Shown here piece by piece: positions 44,408 to 58,551 of a DNA stretch of 64,000 nucleotides (position 1 is the stretch's first letter; each line of letters starts with the position of its first letter). This DNA comes from Myxococcota bacterium (GTDB lineage Bacteria > Myxococcota_A > Polyangia > Polyangiales > Sandaracinaceae), in the NCBI GenBank assembly GCA_036149055.1, contig JAYZQJ010000033.1, positions 32,001 through 96,000 on the forward strand, given 5' to 3'. Made by a program: the position numbers and the translations under genes. The notes under the pieces were generated by a model. The model did not search any database. It saw only the letters and a program-made list of their open reading frames with translations, and was not told the origin of the DNA.

Positions 44408-45112
44408 ATGGCGCGCGGGAGATCGCAGCACAGCCGGGCGGTGATCGCCCTCGTCGTCGTCATGACGGCGGCGTTCGCGGTCCAGCTCGCCGGCGTGGTC
44501 GAGGGCGGGGACTGGGCCCTGCACGCCAACGCGTTCGTGGCCGCGTGGGGCGAGGTGACGGGCGGAGGCGGCGGGCCGGAGAGCTGGCGCACGCTCTCGA
44601 CGCTCTGGGCCTACGCGCTCGTCCATGGAGGGGTCGAGCACCTCGGCTACAACCTCGTCTTCCTCTGGCTCTTCGGCAGCCTCGTGCAAGACGCGGTCGG
44701 GGAGCGGGGCGTGGTGGTGTCGGCCCTGGTCACGACGGCCACCGCCGGGCTGCTCTTCACCTTCCGGCACCTGGGCGAGACGCCGGACGGCGTGATCGGC
44801 TGCTCGGGGCTGGGGAGCGGGCTGGCCGGGGTCTACGTGCTGCTCGCGTTCCGCTGGAGCGAGATGCCGCGGGCCCACGCCTGGCCGCTCGCCCGGCCGG
44901 TGCCCCCGATGCAGGCGGCGGCGTTCGCGATCCTCTTCGTGATCGGCGACCTCTTCCTGCTGCGGTCCAACGACGGCACCGCCCACGACGCCCACCTCGG
45001 GGGCTTCGGCGGCGGCTTGCTCCTCGCGATGAGCCTGACCACCTTCTTCCCGACGTGGAGGTCCTTCCTCGGCTCGAAGATCGCCCCCGAGGGTCTGGCG
45101 GAGCGCCGATGA
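44408..45112 (+). CDS. Rhomboid-family intramembrane serine protease
   Basis: HGGVEHLGYN (HxxxxHxxxN), GCSG catalytic Ser, AHDAHLGG catalytic His. Confidence 0.88.
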   Translation: MARGRSQHSRAVIALVVVMTAAFAVQLAGVVEGGDWALHANAFVAAWGEVTGGGGGPESWRTLSTLWAYALVHGGVEHLGYNLVFLWLFGSLVQDAVGERGVVVSALVTTATAGLLFTFRHLGETPDGVIGCSGLGSGLAGVYVLLAFRWSEMPRAHAWPLARPVPPMQAAAFAILFVIGDLFLLRSNDGTAHDAHLGGFGGGLLLAMSLTTFFPTWRSFLGSKIAPEGLAERR

Positions 45113-45882
45113 GGATCGCGCTCGCGCTGCTGCTCGCGATGACCGCGCTCCCGGCCGCGGCCTCTGCTCAGGACGAGGGGGAGGCGCCGCCCCCCACGCT
45201 GCCGCCGCCGACCCTGTCGCCGGAGGAGATGGACCCGCCCCCCGAGCCGCTCGAGGGCGAGGAGGTCCCGGAGCCCCCCGAAGAGGAGGGCGAGACCGAG
45301 ATCCTCATGCACATCGGGACCGGCGATCACCCGGAGTGGGAGGAGGAGAACGCGCGCGAGGTGCCGCGGGACGTCGCCTTCGAGGTCCCGGACGACGCGC
45401 GGACCGGCCAGGGCGTCGGGGCCTCTTCGGTCAGCATCGACGAGGAGCGGTTCGGGGAGCCCCGCGAGTTCGCGCTCGGGGCCGGGGTGAGCTGGGCGCG
45501 GCTCATCAGCGCGACGGAGATCGACTTCCTGCGGGTCGACCAGCGCTTCGACTGGCGGGTGCCGGACTTCCCGGCGCTGCGCCTCGGGATCGGCGCGTCC
45601 CAGAGCTTCGCCGCCAACCAGTGGCTCGTCGGGGGCGGGCTCCGGGCGGGGCTCGGCACCTACTTCTGCGAGTCGCGCCTCGTCCGTTGCGAGATCGTCG
45701 CCGTCGTGCAGCCGGGGGTCCTCGGCGGGGACGTGCTCGGCCCCCGCTTCGATCTGCACGCCGCCCTCGAGGCGCACTTCGACTTCGCCGGCGTCTTCGG
45801 CGCCTGGGTCACCGGCGGCTTCTCGCAGCTCGGCACCGAGTCGATGGTCCACCTGGGCGGCGTGGCGGCCTTCCTGTTCTGA
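45109..45882 (+). CDS. Secreted protein, probable outer-membrane beta-barrel with acidic Pro-rich N-terminus
   Basis: Signal peptide ending ASA-Q, amphipathic strands, terminal Phe. ATGA overlap with the rhomboid gene. Confidence 0.7.
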   Translation: MRIALALLLAMTALPAAASAQDEGEAPPPTLPPPTLSPEEMDPPPEPLEGEEVPEPPEEEGETEILMHIGTGDHPEWEEENAREVPRDVAFEVPDDARTGQGVGASSVSIDEERFGEPREFALGAGVSWARLISATEIDFLRVDQRFDWRVPDFPALRLGIGASQSFAANQWLVGGGLRAGLGTYFCESRLVRCEIVAVVQPGVLGGDVLGPRFDLHAALEAHFDFAGVFGAWVTGGFSQLGTESMVHLGGVAAFLF

Positions 45883-46064
45883 AAGGACTCCTTGACGCCG
45901 TGGGGCCGGCCCTGGTGTATTTCCGCGGCCGGGAAAAACCTGGCGACGGATAGAATGCACGCTCCGGCGCGCCGTCTCATCCGCACCTTTCGAAGGCTCT
46001 CGTCGTGGGGGGACGAGCGACATCGGGCTCTCCTTCCACGATCGCACTGATCCCTGGAGGCGTC

Positions 46065-46934
46065 GTGAGCTCACCCCCGATTCGAATCTCCCACCTCGCG
46101 GCGGGCCTGGCGGCCGTCCTGGCCATCGCGCTCGCCGCTCCCACGCAGGCCCAGATCGGCCCGGCGCGCCGCATCACCGGCGCCCCCGTCGCCAACGAGG
46201 CCGTGCGCGCCCGGTTCGCCTGGGGCGGCACCGGCAACCGCATCATCTGGGTCAACCAGGCCGACGAGGTCTACTACCAGCGCGTGCACTCCAACCGCGT
46301 CGACCGCCACATCCGCATGCGCGGACACACGGTCGGGGTCCGCGGCGATCAGACCGAGTACGTGATCCCGTGGGACAACAACACGATCCTCGTCGTGACC
46401 CAGCGCGGCAGCCTCTACCGGCACCAGATCCGGAACGAGAGCGTCGGGCCGCCCGAGCAGATCCAGGGCGCCCCGGTCGGCACCCAGGGCCAGGACCCGG
46501 TCTTCATGTTCCGGGTCGCCAACCGGCTGATCAACGTCACCCAGCAGGGTGAGGTCTGGGCCCACCAGGTCGGCAACGTGGTCTCCCCGCCGCAGCGCCT
46601 CGGCCGCGTGGCCATCGCCTCGCCGCGCCAGGTGCGCCACGTGTTCAACGTCGGCCGCGCGGTCTACATCGTCAGCGACCAGGGCGAGGTCTACCGCCAC
46701 GACGTGCACCCGGACTTCGGTCAGGGTCGGCTCGTGCAGACCCGCGCCAACTGGTTCGCGCAGCCCAACACCCGGTTCGCGTTCGTGATGAACAACGGCC
46801 TGTACGTGGTGGGTCCCCAGGGCGAGCTCTGGGTCCACGACGTCAGCCGGCTGATGCAGAACCGCCGCGGGGTCCGCGGTCAGCGCGCGGCGCCGCAGCC
46901 CGCGCAGCCCGCGCAGCCGCCCACCGGGGGTTGA
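46065..46934 (+). CDS. Secreted repeat protein, probable beta-propeller (tachylectin-like)
   Basis: GGAGG RBS before GTG, signal peptide, and five repeats (NQADEVYYQ, TQRGSLYRH, TQQGEVWAH, SDQGEVYRH, GPQGELWVH). Confidence 0.7.
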   Translation: MSSPPIRISHLAAGLAAVLAIALAAPTQAQIGPARRITGAPVANEAVRARFAWGGTGNRIIWVNQADEVYYQRVHSNRVDRHIRMRGHTVGVRGDQTEYVIPWDNNTILVVTQRGSLYRHQIRNESVGPPEQIQGAPVGTQGQDPVFMFRVANRLINVTQQGEVWAHQVGNVVSPPQRLGRVAIASPRQVRHVFNVGRAVYIVSDQGEVYRHDVHPDFGQGRLVQTRANWFAQPNTRFAFVMNNGLYVVGPQGELWVHDVSRLMQNRRGVRGQRAAPQPAQPAQPPTGG

Positions 46935-46972
46935 GCGCGCGTCGACGGACTGCACGTCCGAGGAACGCAGAG

Positions 46973-47011
46973 ACGGCCGCTCCCCTCGCGGGGACGCGGC
47001 CGTTCTTCGTT
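46973..47011 (+). terminator. Probable intrinsic terminator
   Basis: ACGGCCGC-TCCCC-TCGC-GGGGA-C-GCGGCCGT followed by TCTTCGTT. Confidence 0.6.
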
Positions 47012-47242
47012 CCGGGGGGACGCGCTCAGCGGCCGTGCAGATAGCGCCGGATCGCCTCCTCGAGGGGCGTCTCCGCGAGCATTTCGCCGCCGCCCCGGGA
47101 GGGGCGCTCGTAGCTCGCGGTGGTGAGCACGCGGGGGCGCGCGGGCTGACGGGGCTCACCGCTCTGAGGGGCGATGAAGAAGGGGCGGAGGGTCGCTCGC
47201 ATGCCCCCGGTCAACGGCGCGCCGGGGGCGGACTTGAGGCCC

Positions 47243-47662
47243 TCAGCGCCGCTGCGCCTCGAAGAGACGGTAGGCGAGCATGCCGAGCGCCATGGTGCCG
47301 ACGAAGACGGCCGCCTCCGCGCCGAATGAGGCCAGCGACGCGATGCCCGGGCCCGGGCAGAAGCCGCCGAGGCCCCAGCCGATCCCGAACAGCGCGCTGC
47401 CGCCGAGGAGCGCCGGCGTGAGGTCCTTGCGGGTGGGCACCTCGAAGCGACCTCCGAAGACGGGGGTGCCCCGCTTCAGGATGAGGCGGAAGAGCACGAA
47501 GTGGACGCCGATCGCGCCGACCATGACGAACGCGAGGCTGGGATCCCACTGGCCGAAGAAGTCGAGGAACCCGACGACCTTGGACGGCTGGGTCATGCCC
47601 GCGATGGCGAGGCCGACGGCGAAGATCAGACCGGCGACGAACGCGGCGAGGGGCTTCTTCAC
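47243..47662 (-). CDS. YeeE/YedE-family sulfur-compound transporter subunit (PmpA/DUF6691-like)
   Basis: GMTQPSKVVGFLDFFGQWDPSLAFVM...LFGIGWGLGGFCPGP. Confidence 0.9.
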   Translation of the reverse strand: MKKPLAAFVAGLIFAVGLAIAGMTQPSKVVGFLDFFGQWDPSLAFVMVGAIGVHFVLFRLILKRGTPVFGGRFEVPTRKDLTPALLGGSALFGIGWGLGGFCPGPGIASLASFGAEAAVFVGTMALGMLAYRLFEAQRR

Positions 47663-48105
47663 GACACGCCTCCGAGCAGCCGCACCGCGAGCACGGTCAG
47701 GGCGCCGGTCGCGATGAAGGTCACGGTGGCCACGATCGAGCGGCGGGAGAAGCGGCTGATGCCGCAGACCCCGTGGCCGCTGGTGCACCCGCTGCCGAGC
47801 CGCACACCGAAGCCGACGACGAGGCCGGCGACGGCGATGGTGAGCAGCGACCGGTCGTAGGTGACGGCGAAGAGCTGGGGCTGCAGCGCGAACATCACCG
47901 CGCCGCCCACCACCAGGCCGCCGACGAAGGCGGCCCGCCAGCCGAGCTCCTGCGCGTCGGCGCGGTCGGCCGGCCGGGGGAGGAGCAGGCCGGAGAAGAT
48001 GCCGCTGATGCCGGCGATGCGGCCGTTGAAGAGGAGGAGCAGCGACGCGCTGATCCCGATGAGGACGCCTCCGAGCGTGGAGGCGAGGGGGGTGAAGTGT
48101 TCCAT
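47659..48105 (-). CDS. YeeE/YedE-family sulfur-compound transporter subunit (PmpB-like)
   Basis: GGVLIG...NGRIAGISGI...RLGSGCTSGHGVCGISRFSRRSIVAT. Confidence 0.92.
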   Translation of the reverse strand: MEHFTPLASTLGGVLIGISASLLLLFNGRIAGISGIFSGLLLPRPADRADAQELGWRAAFVGGLVVGGAVMFALQPQLFAVTYDRSLLTIAVAGLVVGFGVRLGSGCTSGHGVCGISRFSRRSIVATVTFIATGALTVLAVRLLGGVS

Positions 48106-48310
48106 GAGGGTGGCTCCGAGAACGGCGAACGGGCCGGGTCTTTGCTGATCTCTCGAGTCGGGATGCGCTCGACGCAACCCGTGGTCACCACACCACCAGG
48201 AAGCGTACCAACGTCGGCGCGCACCGCCCACGCGAGCCTCTGCAACGCGGCGAAACGAGCGGTGCAACGGCGAGATACGGATCGCCCGGCCGACGCCCCA
48301 CGGCGAGGGC

Positions 48311-48326
48311 TGGCGCGGTTCTCGCT
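48311..48326 (+). promoter_or_regulatory. Candidate sigma54 promoter of the rhodanese-CA gene
   Basis: TGGCGCGGTTCTCGCT gives GG-N10-GC. A TGCAACG direct repeat lies upstream at 48241 and 48263. Confidence 0.45.
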
Positions 48327-48340
48327 GACCGCGGTCGGCC

Positions 48341-49711
48341 ATGACCCGCTCGCTGCCCCTCGCCCTCCTGCTCGTCGCCTGCCAGGCGCCCTCCCCGGCC
48401 CCGCGCGCGTGCTCGCCGGACGGTCCCCCCGCGCGCTTCGACCGCTCGCCGGGCGGCGTGCCCGAGGTGGCTCCGTCCTGGGTGCTCGCCCACCACTGCC
48501 AGGTGCGCCTGGTCGACGTGCGTTCGGAAGAGGAGCTGACGGGCCCGCTCGGCCGCATCCCCTGGGCCAGGCACGTCCCGCTCGACCGGCTCGAGGACGA
48601 GGCGGAGGCCTGGGACCGGGACGCCCCGGTGGTCCTGGTGTGTCGCTCGGGGCGGCGGTCGGCGCGGGCCACCCGCGCGCTCGAGGACCTGGGCTTCGGC
48701 GCGGTGGCGTCGATGACCGGCGGCATGCTCGCCTGGCGCGACGGCGACCGGCCGGTGGTGCGGCACCGCGCCTCGCCCGCCCCTCCCCCGCCGGCGGAGC
48801 CGCACGCGGGGCCGCTCCGCGCGGTCGACATCGAGGCCCACCTGGGCGACCCGCGCCGGATCCGATGGGTCAAGGTCGCGGCGCTCCTGATGCAAGGCAC
48901 GCAGTCTTGCGTGGACGGACGCGATCCGAGGCCGGTGCTCGGCACGCCGGGCGGAGACGCCGGCGAGATCCTGCTCTCGCTCGCCGCGGCGGAGCGGGTG
49001 CGCGGCGCGCCCTTCCCCGCCTCGCGGGTCGGCCCCTTCCTGGACGCGTACCTCGACGCCTTCGGGCGCGTCTACGTGCACACCGACACCCACGCGCTCG
49101 AGGCGCTGGAGGCCTCGCTCCGGGACGACCCGCGCTTCGCCCCCGCGCTCGCCCGCGGCGTCGAGCGCCTGGTGCGGCGCCCGCCGCGCGCCCTCGAGGG
49201 GCCGCTGCTCGACGCGCTGACCCGCCCGGCCCACGTGGGCTGCGGCCACCTGCGCCTGATGCGCGAGCACCCGGACGAGTACGGCGTGCGCCCGGCGCTG
49301 AGCGAGGCGGTGCTGCGCGCGATCTTCGTGCGGCTCTGGCGCGGCGACGCGATCGACTTCGTGGTGCTCGAGGGCGGCCACGCCGAAGGCGCGGTGCTCG
49401 ACGTGGTGCTCGATGGGGAAGTGCACAGCTACACGCGTGTGCCGATGATCGCGCCGCACCTCGGAGACCGAGAGCTGTTCGTGCACCACCCCCAGGTCAG
49501 CGCCTGGCTGCGCGAGCAGAACGCGAGCTTCGTGTTCGAGCACGATCCCGCGCTCCGCGCCGAGCCCGGGCGCAGGGAGGCGCTCCACGCGGAGCTCGAG
49601 CGGCTCGGCGCGGCCCAGCTCCAGGCCACCCTCTCGCACCTCGCCGCGGACCTCCCGCGCTACCGAGCCCACGTCTCCGAGCGGCGGGTGTCGATCGAGG
49701 CGGCGCGATGA
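48341..49711 (+). CDS. Lipoprotein: rhodanese domain fused to a zeta/beta-type carbonic-anhydrase-like domain
   Basis: Lipobox LVAC. Rhodanese LVDVR...VLVCRSGRRS...GGMLAW. Then CVDGR...PGG...VHTD...GCGH...EGGHAEGAV. Confidence 0.75.
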   Translation: MTRSLPLALLLVACQAPSPAPRACSPDGPPARFDRSPGGVPEVAPSWVLAHHCQVRLVDVRSEEELTGPLGRIPWARHVPLDRLEDEAEAWDRDAPVVLVCRSGRRSARATRALEDLGFGAVASMTGGMLAWRDGDRPVVRHRASPAPPPPAEPHAGPLRAVDIEAHLGDPRRIRWVKVAALLMQGTQSCVDGRDPRPVLGTPGGDAGEILLSLAAAERVRGAPFPASRVGPFLDAYLDAFGRVYVHTDTHALEALEASLRDDPRFAPALARGVERLVRRPPRALEGPLLDALTRPAHVGCGHLRLMREHPDEYGVRPALSEAVLRAIFVRLWRGDAIDFVVLEGGHAEGAVLDVVLDGEVHSYTRVPMIAPHLGDRELFVHHPQVSAWLREQNASFVFEHDPALRAEPGRREALHAELERLGAAQLQATLSHLAADLPRYRAHVSERRVSIEAAR

Positions 49712-50889
49712 GGCGGCTCGCGCTGATCACGCTGCTGCTCTGGCCCGCGCCCGCGGCGGCGGACTGGCCGGACGCGATCGGCCCCTTCACGGTCGGGGAC
49801 GATGCGGCCTCGCTGCGGCTCTCGGGCATGGCGCAGCTCCAGCTCGACGTCGAGCGCCCGGGCGAGCCCGCGCTGCGGGTCCGGCGGCTGCGGCCGATCG
49901 CCCGGGCGAGCTTCGCCGGCGGCCTCCTCGGCGCGACCGCGCACCTCGAGCTCGCGCCGGGCCAGGCCGAGCTGATCGACCTCTTCGTCGAGGCGCGGCT
50001 GGATCCGGCCCTCCACCTCCGGGCCGGGCAGCTCAAGGTGCCGTACACGGTGTACCGGCAGCAGTCGCCCACCCGCCTCGCCCTCGTCGACTGGCCGGTC
50101 ACGAGCCGCTGGTTCGGGGCCGAGCGGCAGCTGGGTGTGACGGCGACGGGGGCGCTGGGCCCGGTGGGCTACGCCTTCGGCGCGTTCGCGGGCGAGAACC
50201 GACGGGCGGCGCACGCGCGCGAGCTGCCGGCCTTCTACGGCGAGGACGCGACGAACCCCTCGCGCCTGAGCGACCTGGGCGCCCCGGAGTCTCCGCACCT
50301 GGAGCTCTTCGCCCGGCTCGAGCACGCCCACCCGGACCTCGACCCGACCTCGCAGATGGACGCCCGGGGCGGCGAGCTGCGTCACCTCGTGGCGGCGAGC
50401 GTGGCCTGGGACACCGCGCCGACGGCGCGCCGCGATCTGCTGCTGCGCGTCGCGCCCGAGCTGTGGGTGCAGGCGCACGGGCTGAGCCTCACGCTCGTGG
50501 GTCACCTCGCGCTCTTCGAGGACGCGACCGGCGCGCCCCGGCCGGCGGGCATGGGCGCGCTCGCCGAGCTCGGCTGGCACGCGCACCGTCACGTGGAGCT
50601 GACGCTGCGGGTGGCCCGGGTGGACCTGACGGCCGCGCTCCGGGGAGACGCGGCCCGGCACGCCGCCCGCCTCGAGCCGCGCGACGCCGACGCGCACGCG
50701 GCCTGGGAGGCGCAGTACGGCGACGCCGGCACCCTGCGCGCGACCCAGGAGGTGGCGCTCGGCGTGAACGTGCTCGTGATCGGCCGCAGCCTCGCGTGGC
50801 GCTCCGACGTCGCGTGGCTCCGCGTCGAGCGGACCGACGGCGCCCGCGACGCGCTCCGCTTCCGCACCCAGCTCAGCCTGGCGTTCTGA
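49708..50889 (+). CDS. Outer-membrane porin (OprO/OprP anion-porin-like)
   Basis: Signal peptide, VRRLRP...LIDLFVE...LRAGQLKVPY...ERQLGV, C-terminal FRTQLSLAF. ATGA-coupled to the upstream gene. Confidence 0.75.
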   Translation: MRRLALITLLLWPAPAAADWPDAIGPFTVGDDAASLRLSGMAQLQLDVERPGEPALRVRRLRPIARASFAGGLLGATAHLELAPGQAELIDLFVEARLDPALHLRAGQLKVPYTVYRQQSPTRLALVDWPVTSRWFGAERQLGVTATGALGPVGYAFGAFAGENRRAAHARELPAFYGEDATNPSRLSDLGAPESPHLELFARLEHAHPDLDPTSQMDARGGELRHLVAASVAWDTAPTARRDLLLRVAPELWVQAHGLSLTLVGHLALFEDATGAPRPAGMGALAELGWHAHRHVELTLRVARVDLTAALRGDAARHAARLEPRDADAHAAWEAQYGDAGTLRATQEVALGVNVLVIGRSLAWRSDVAWLRVERTDGARDALRFRTQLSLAF

Positions 50890-50950
50890 CCCCGTTCCAG
50901 GGAGCGTTCCACCCCGTTGCGGCGCGCACGTCGGGGGCGCGCGCGAGGCG

Positions 50951-50966
50951 CGGCACGCGGCGTGCT
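50951..50966 (+). promoter_or_regulatory. Candidate sigma54 promoter of sulP
   Basis: CGGCACGCGGCGTGCT has a GGCAC core and GG-N10-GC spacing. Confidence 0.45.
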
Positions 50967-52655
50967 CTGGAGGACGGTCATGTCGACTCGCTTCACCCGC
51001 TGGATCCCCGCCCTCTCCTGGCTGCGCGACTACGAGCTCCGCCGCGACCTCCCGGGGGACCTCTCCGCCGGGCTCACGGTGGCGGTGATGCTGATCCCGC
51101 AGGGCATGGCCTACGCGATGCTGGCCGGCCTGCCGCCGGTGGTGGGGCTCTACGCGTCGGTGGTCCCGCTGCTGGTCTACGCGTTCCTCGGCACGAGCCG
51201 GCAGCTCGCGGTCGGCCCGGTCGCGATGGTCTCGCTCCTGGTGGCGACCGGCGTCGGCGCGATCGCGGAGCTGGGCTCGGCCGCGTACGTGGCCCTCGCG
51301 GTGGTGCTCGCCGGCATGGTCGGCGTCATCCAGCTCGCGATGGGTCTGCTCCGGCTGGGCAAGCTCGTCACCCTGCTCAGCCACCCGGTGATCAGCGGCT
51401 TCACCTCGGCGGCCGCGATCATCATCGGGCTCAGCCAGCTGAAGCACCTGCTGGGCGCGCCCATCCCCCGCAGCGCGCGCCTCCACGAGCTGCTGGCGAG
51501 CGCCGCGCAGGCCCTGCCGGAGACGAGCCTCGTCACCCTCGGCATCGGCGCGGCGTCGATCGCGATCCTGCTCGGCCTCAAGCGATGGGCGCCGCGGTTC
51601 CCGGGCGCGCTGACGGTGGTCGGGCTCGGCACGCTGGCGACCTGGGGCCTCGGCCTGCACGAGGCGGGGGTCGCGATCGTCGGCGAGGTGCCCGCCGGGC
51701 TCCCGCGTCCCGGGCTGCCGTCCTTCGACCTCGAGCAGATCTCCGCGCTCCTGCCGACCGCGCTGGTGATCTCGCTGGTCGGCTTCATGGAGTCCATCAG
51801 CGTCGCCAAGGCCTTCGCCCGGAAGCACCGCTACGAGGTCGACGCGAGCCAGGAGCTCACCGCGCTGGGCCTCGCGAACGTGGCCGGCACCCTCTTCGGC
51901 GCCTACCCGGTGACGGGCGGCTTCAGCCGCACCGCGGTCAACGGGCAGGCGGGCGCGCGCACCGGGCTGGCGAGCGCGATCACCGCGGTGGTCATCGGCG
52001 TCGCCCTGCTCTTCTTCACGCCGCTCTTCCACTTCCTGCCGAACGCGGTGCTCGCGGCGATCGTGATGACGGCGGTGTTCGGGCTCGTCGACCTGAAGGA
52101 GGCCCGGCACCTCTGGCACGTGAAGCGCACCGACGCGGGGCTGCTCGCGCTCACCTTCGCGGTCACGCTCTTCGTCGGCATCGAGGAGGGCATCGGCGCC
52201 GGCGTGCTCGGCTCGCTCGCGCTCTTCGTGCACCGGAGCACCCGCCCTCACCACGCCATCCTCGGGCGGCTCCCGGGCACCACGAGCTACCGGAACGTCA
52301 CCCGCTTCCCCGAGGCCGAGCGTGTGCCCGGGGTCACGATCTGGCGCTTCGACGCGAGCTTCTACTTCGCCAACGCGGACTACTTCCGCGACCAGGTCGA
52401 CCGCCTGCTGCTCGGCGGCGGCGCGCGCGCGCTGGTGCTCGACGCGAGCGGCATCAACGACCTCGACGCCAGCGCGGTCACGACCCTCGAGGAGGTGCAC
52501 GCGCGCCTCGACGCGGCCGGCGTGCAGCTCTTCGTGGCCCACGCCAAGGGCCCGGTGCGCGACGTCCTGGAGCGCGGCGGCTTCACCGCGCGCCTCGGGG
52601 CGGACCGCTTCTACCTGGATCTGCACGAGGCGGTGACGGCGGCGGCCGCCGCGCC

Positions 52656-57356
<4,701 letters not shown>

Positions 57357-57474
57357 GTCCTCCCCAAGAACGGAACTACCATGGGTCTGGGAAACCGGGT
57401 GCGCCACGCTGCCATTTCAGGTGCGCACGACCCGGTTCTTCGCCGGAAAATCGCCGTCGCGGCCAGCCGTGGAC

Positions 57475-58551
57475 CTAACGAGGGTATCTGGGGTAGCTGC
57501 CGAGGAGGTGGACGCGATCGCAGCGCGCCTCGAGCGCCTCGATCGCGGCCGCCACCGACGCGTCCTCGCGGTGGCCTTGCACGTCGATCACGAACACGTA
57601 GCGCCACGCGTCGCCGCGCCGCGGCCGGCTCTCGATGCGCGTCATGTTCACCCCCGCGTCCTCGATCACGCCGAGCACCCGCCGCAGCGCGCCGCGGCTC
57701 TCGTCGTCCCGGATCGCGAACGCCAGGGTGGTCTTGTCGTCGCCGGTCGGCTTCGCGTCCCGCGCGCCGATCATCACGAAGCGGGTCTCGTTCTCGGGGT
57801 GGTCCTGGATGCGCGCGGCGAGCGTCGGCAGCCCGTGGATCTCGCCGGCCAGCGCGCTCCCGATCGCGGCGCCTCCGGGATCGCGCCGCGCCTCCTGCAC
57901 CGCCGCCGCCGTCGACGCGGTCTGGACGAGCTGCGCGTGCGGCACGTTCCGGTGCAGCCAGTCGCGGCACTGAGCGAGCCCCTGCGGGTGCGAGTAGACC
58001 CGCTCCACCGCGGGCAGCGCGGCCACCCGGCCCATCAGGCAGTGCTCGATCGGGAGCACGACCTCGCGCCGGATCTGGACGCCGCCCGCGAGCAGCGCCT
58101 CGATGGCGCTGGCCACCGATCCTTCGCTCGAGTTCTCGAGCGGGACCACCCCGAACTCGGCCCGCTTCGCGCGCACCGCGTCGAACACGCCCTCGATCGT
58201 CGCCGCCTCGACGTAGCGCGGCGCGTAGCCGAAGAGGGTGCGCGCGGCGAGGTGGCTGAAGGTGCCGGCCGGGCCGAGGTAGCTGACGGTGACCGTCGAC
58301 TGGAGCGAGACGCTCGCGCTCATGATCTCGCGAAAGACCGCGACGATCGCCTCCTTCGGGAAGCGGCCCGCGCCCTTGTCGATCACGCGGCGGAGCAGCG
58401 CGTTCTCGCGCTCGGGGTCGACCGTGCCGAGGCCGCTCGCGCGCTTGGCCTCCGCGATCTCGGCCACCAGATCGGCGCGCTCGGCGAGGAGGGCGAGGAG
58501 CCGCTCGTCGACCGAGTCGATGCGCTCGCGCAGCGCCGGCAGATCAGTCAC
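57475..58551 (-). CDS. pheA: Chorismate mutase / prephenate dehydratase (P-protein)
   Basis: LRERIDSVDERLLALLAER, YLGPAGTFS, PLENSSEG, SHPQGLAQC, NETRF, and ACT-domain IESRP. Confidence 0.95.
   Translation of the reverse strand: MTDLPALRERIDSVDERLLALLAERADLVAEIAEAKRASGLGTVDPERENALLRRVIDKGAGRFPKEAIVAVFREIMSASVSLQSTVTVSYLGPAGTFSHLAARTLFGYAPRYVEAATIEGVFDAVRAKRAEFGVVPLENSSEGSVASAIEALLAGGVQIRREVVLPIEHCLMGRVAALPAVERVYSHPQGLAQCRDWLHRNVPHAQLVQTASTAAAVQEARRDPGGAAIGSALAGEIHGLPTLAARIQDHPENETRFVMIGARDAKPTGDDKTTLAFAIRDDESRGALRRVLGVIEDAGVNMTRIESRPRRGDAWRYVFVIDVQGHREDASVAAAIEALEARCDRVHLLGSYPRYPR

Noticed and set aside
47026..47214. 62-aa minus-strand ORF downstream of the YeeE pair
   Set aside because: No recognisable motif or clear RBS, so it cannot be supported, although a small gene is not excluded.
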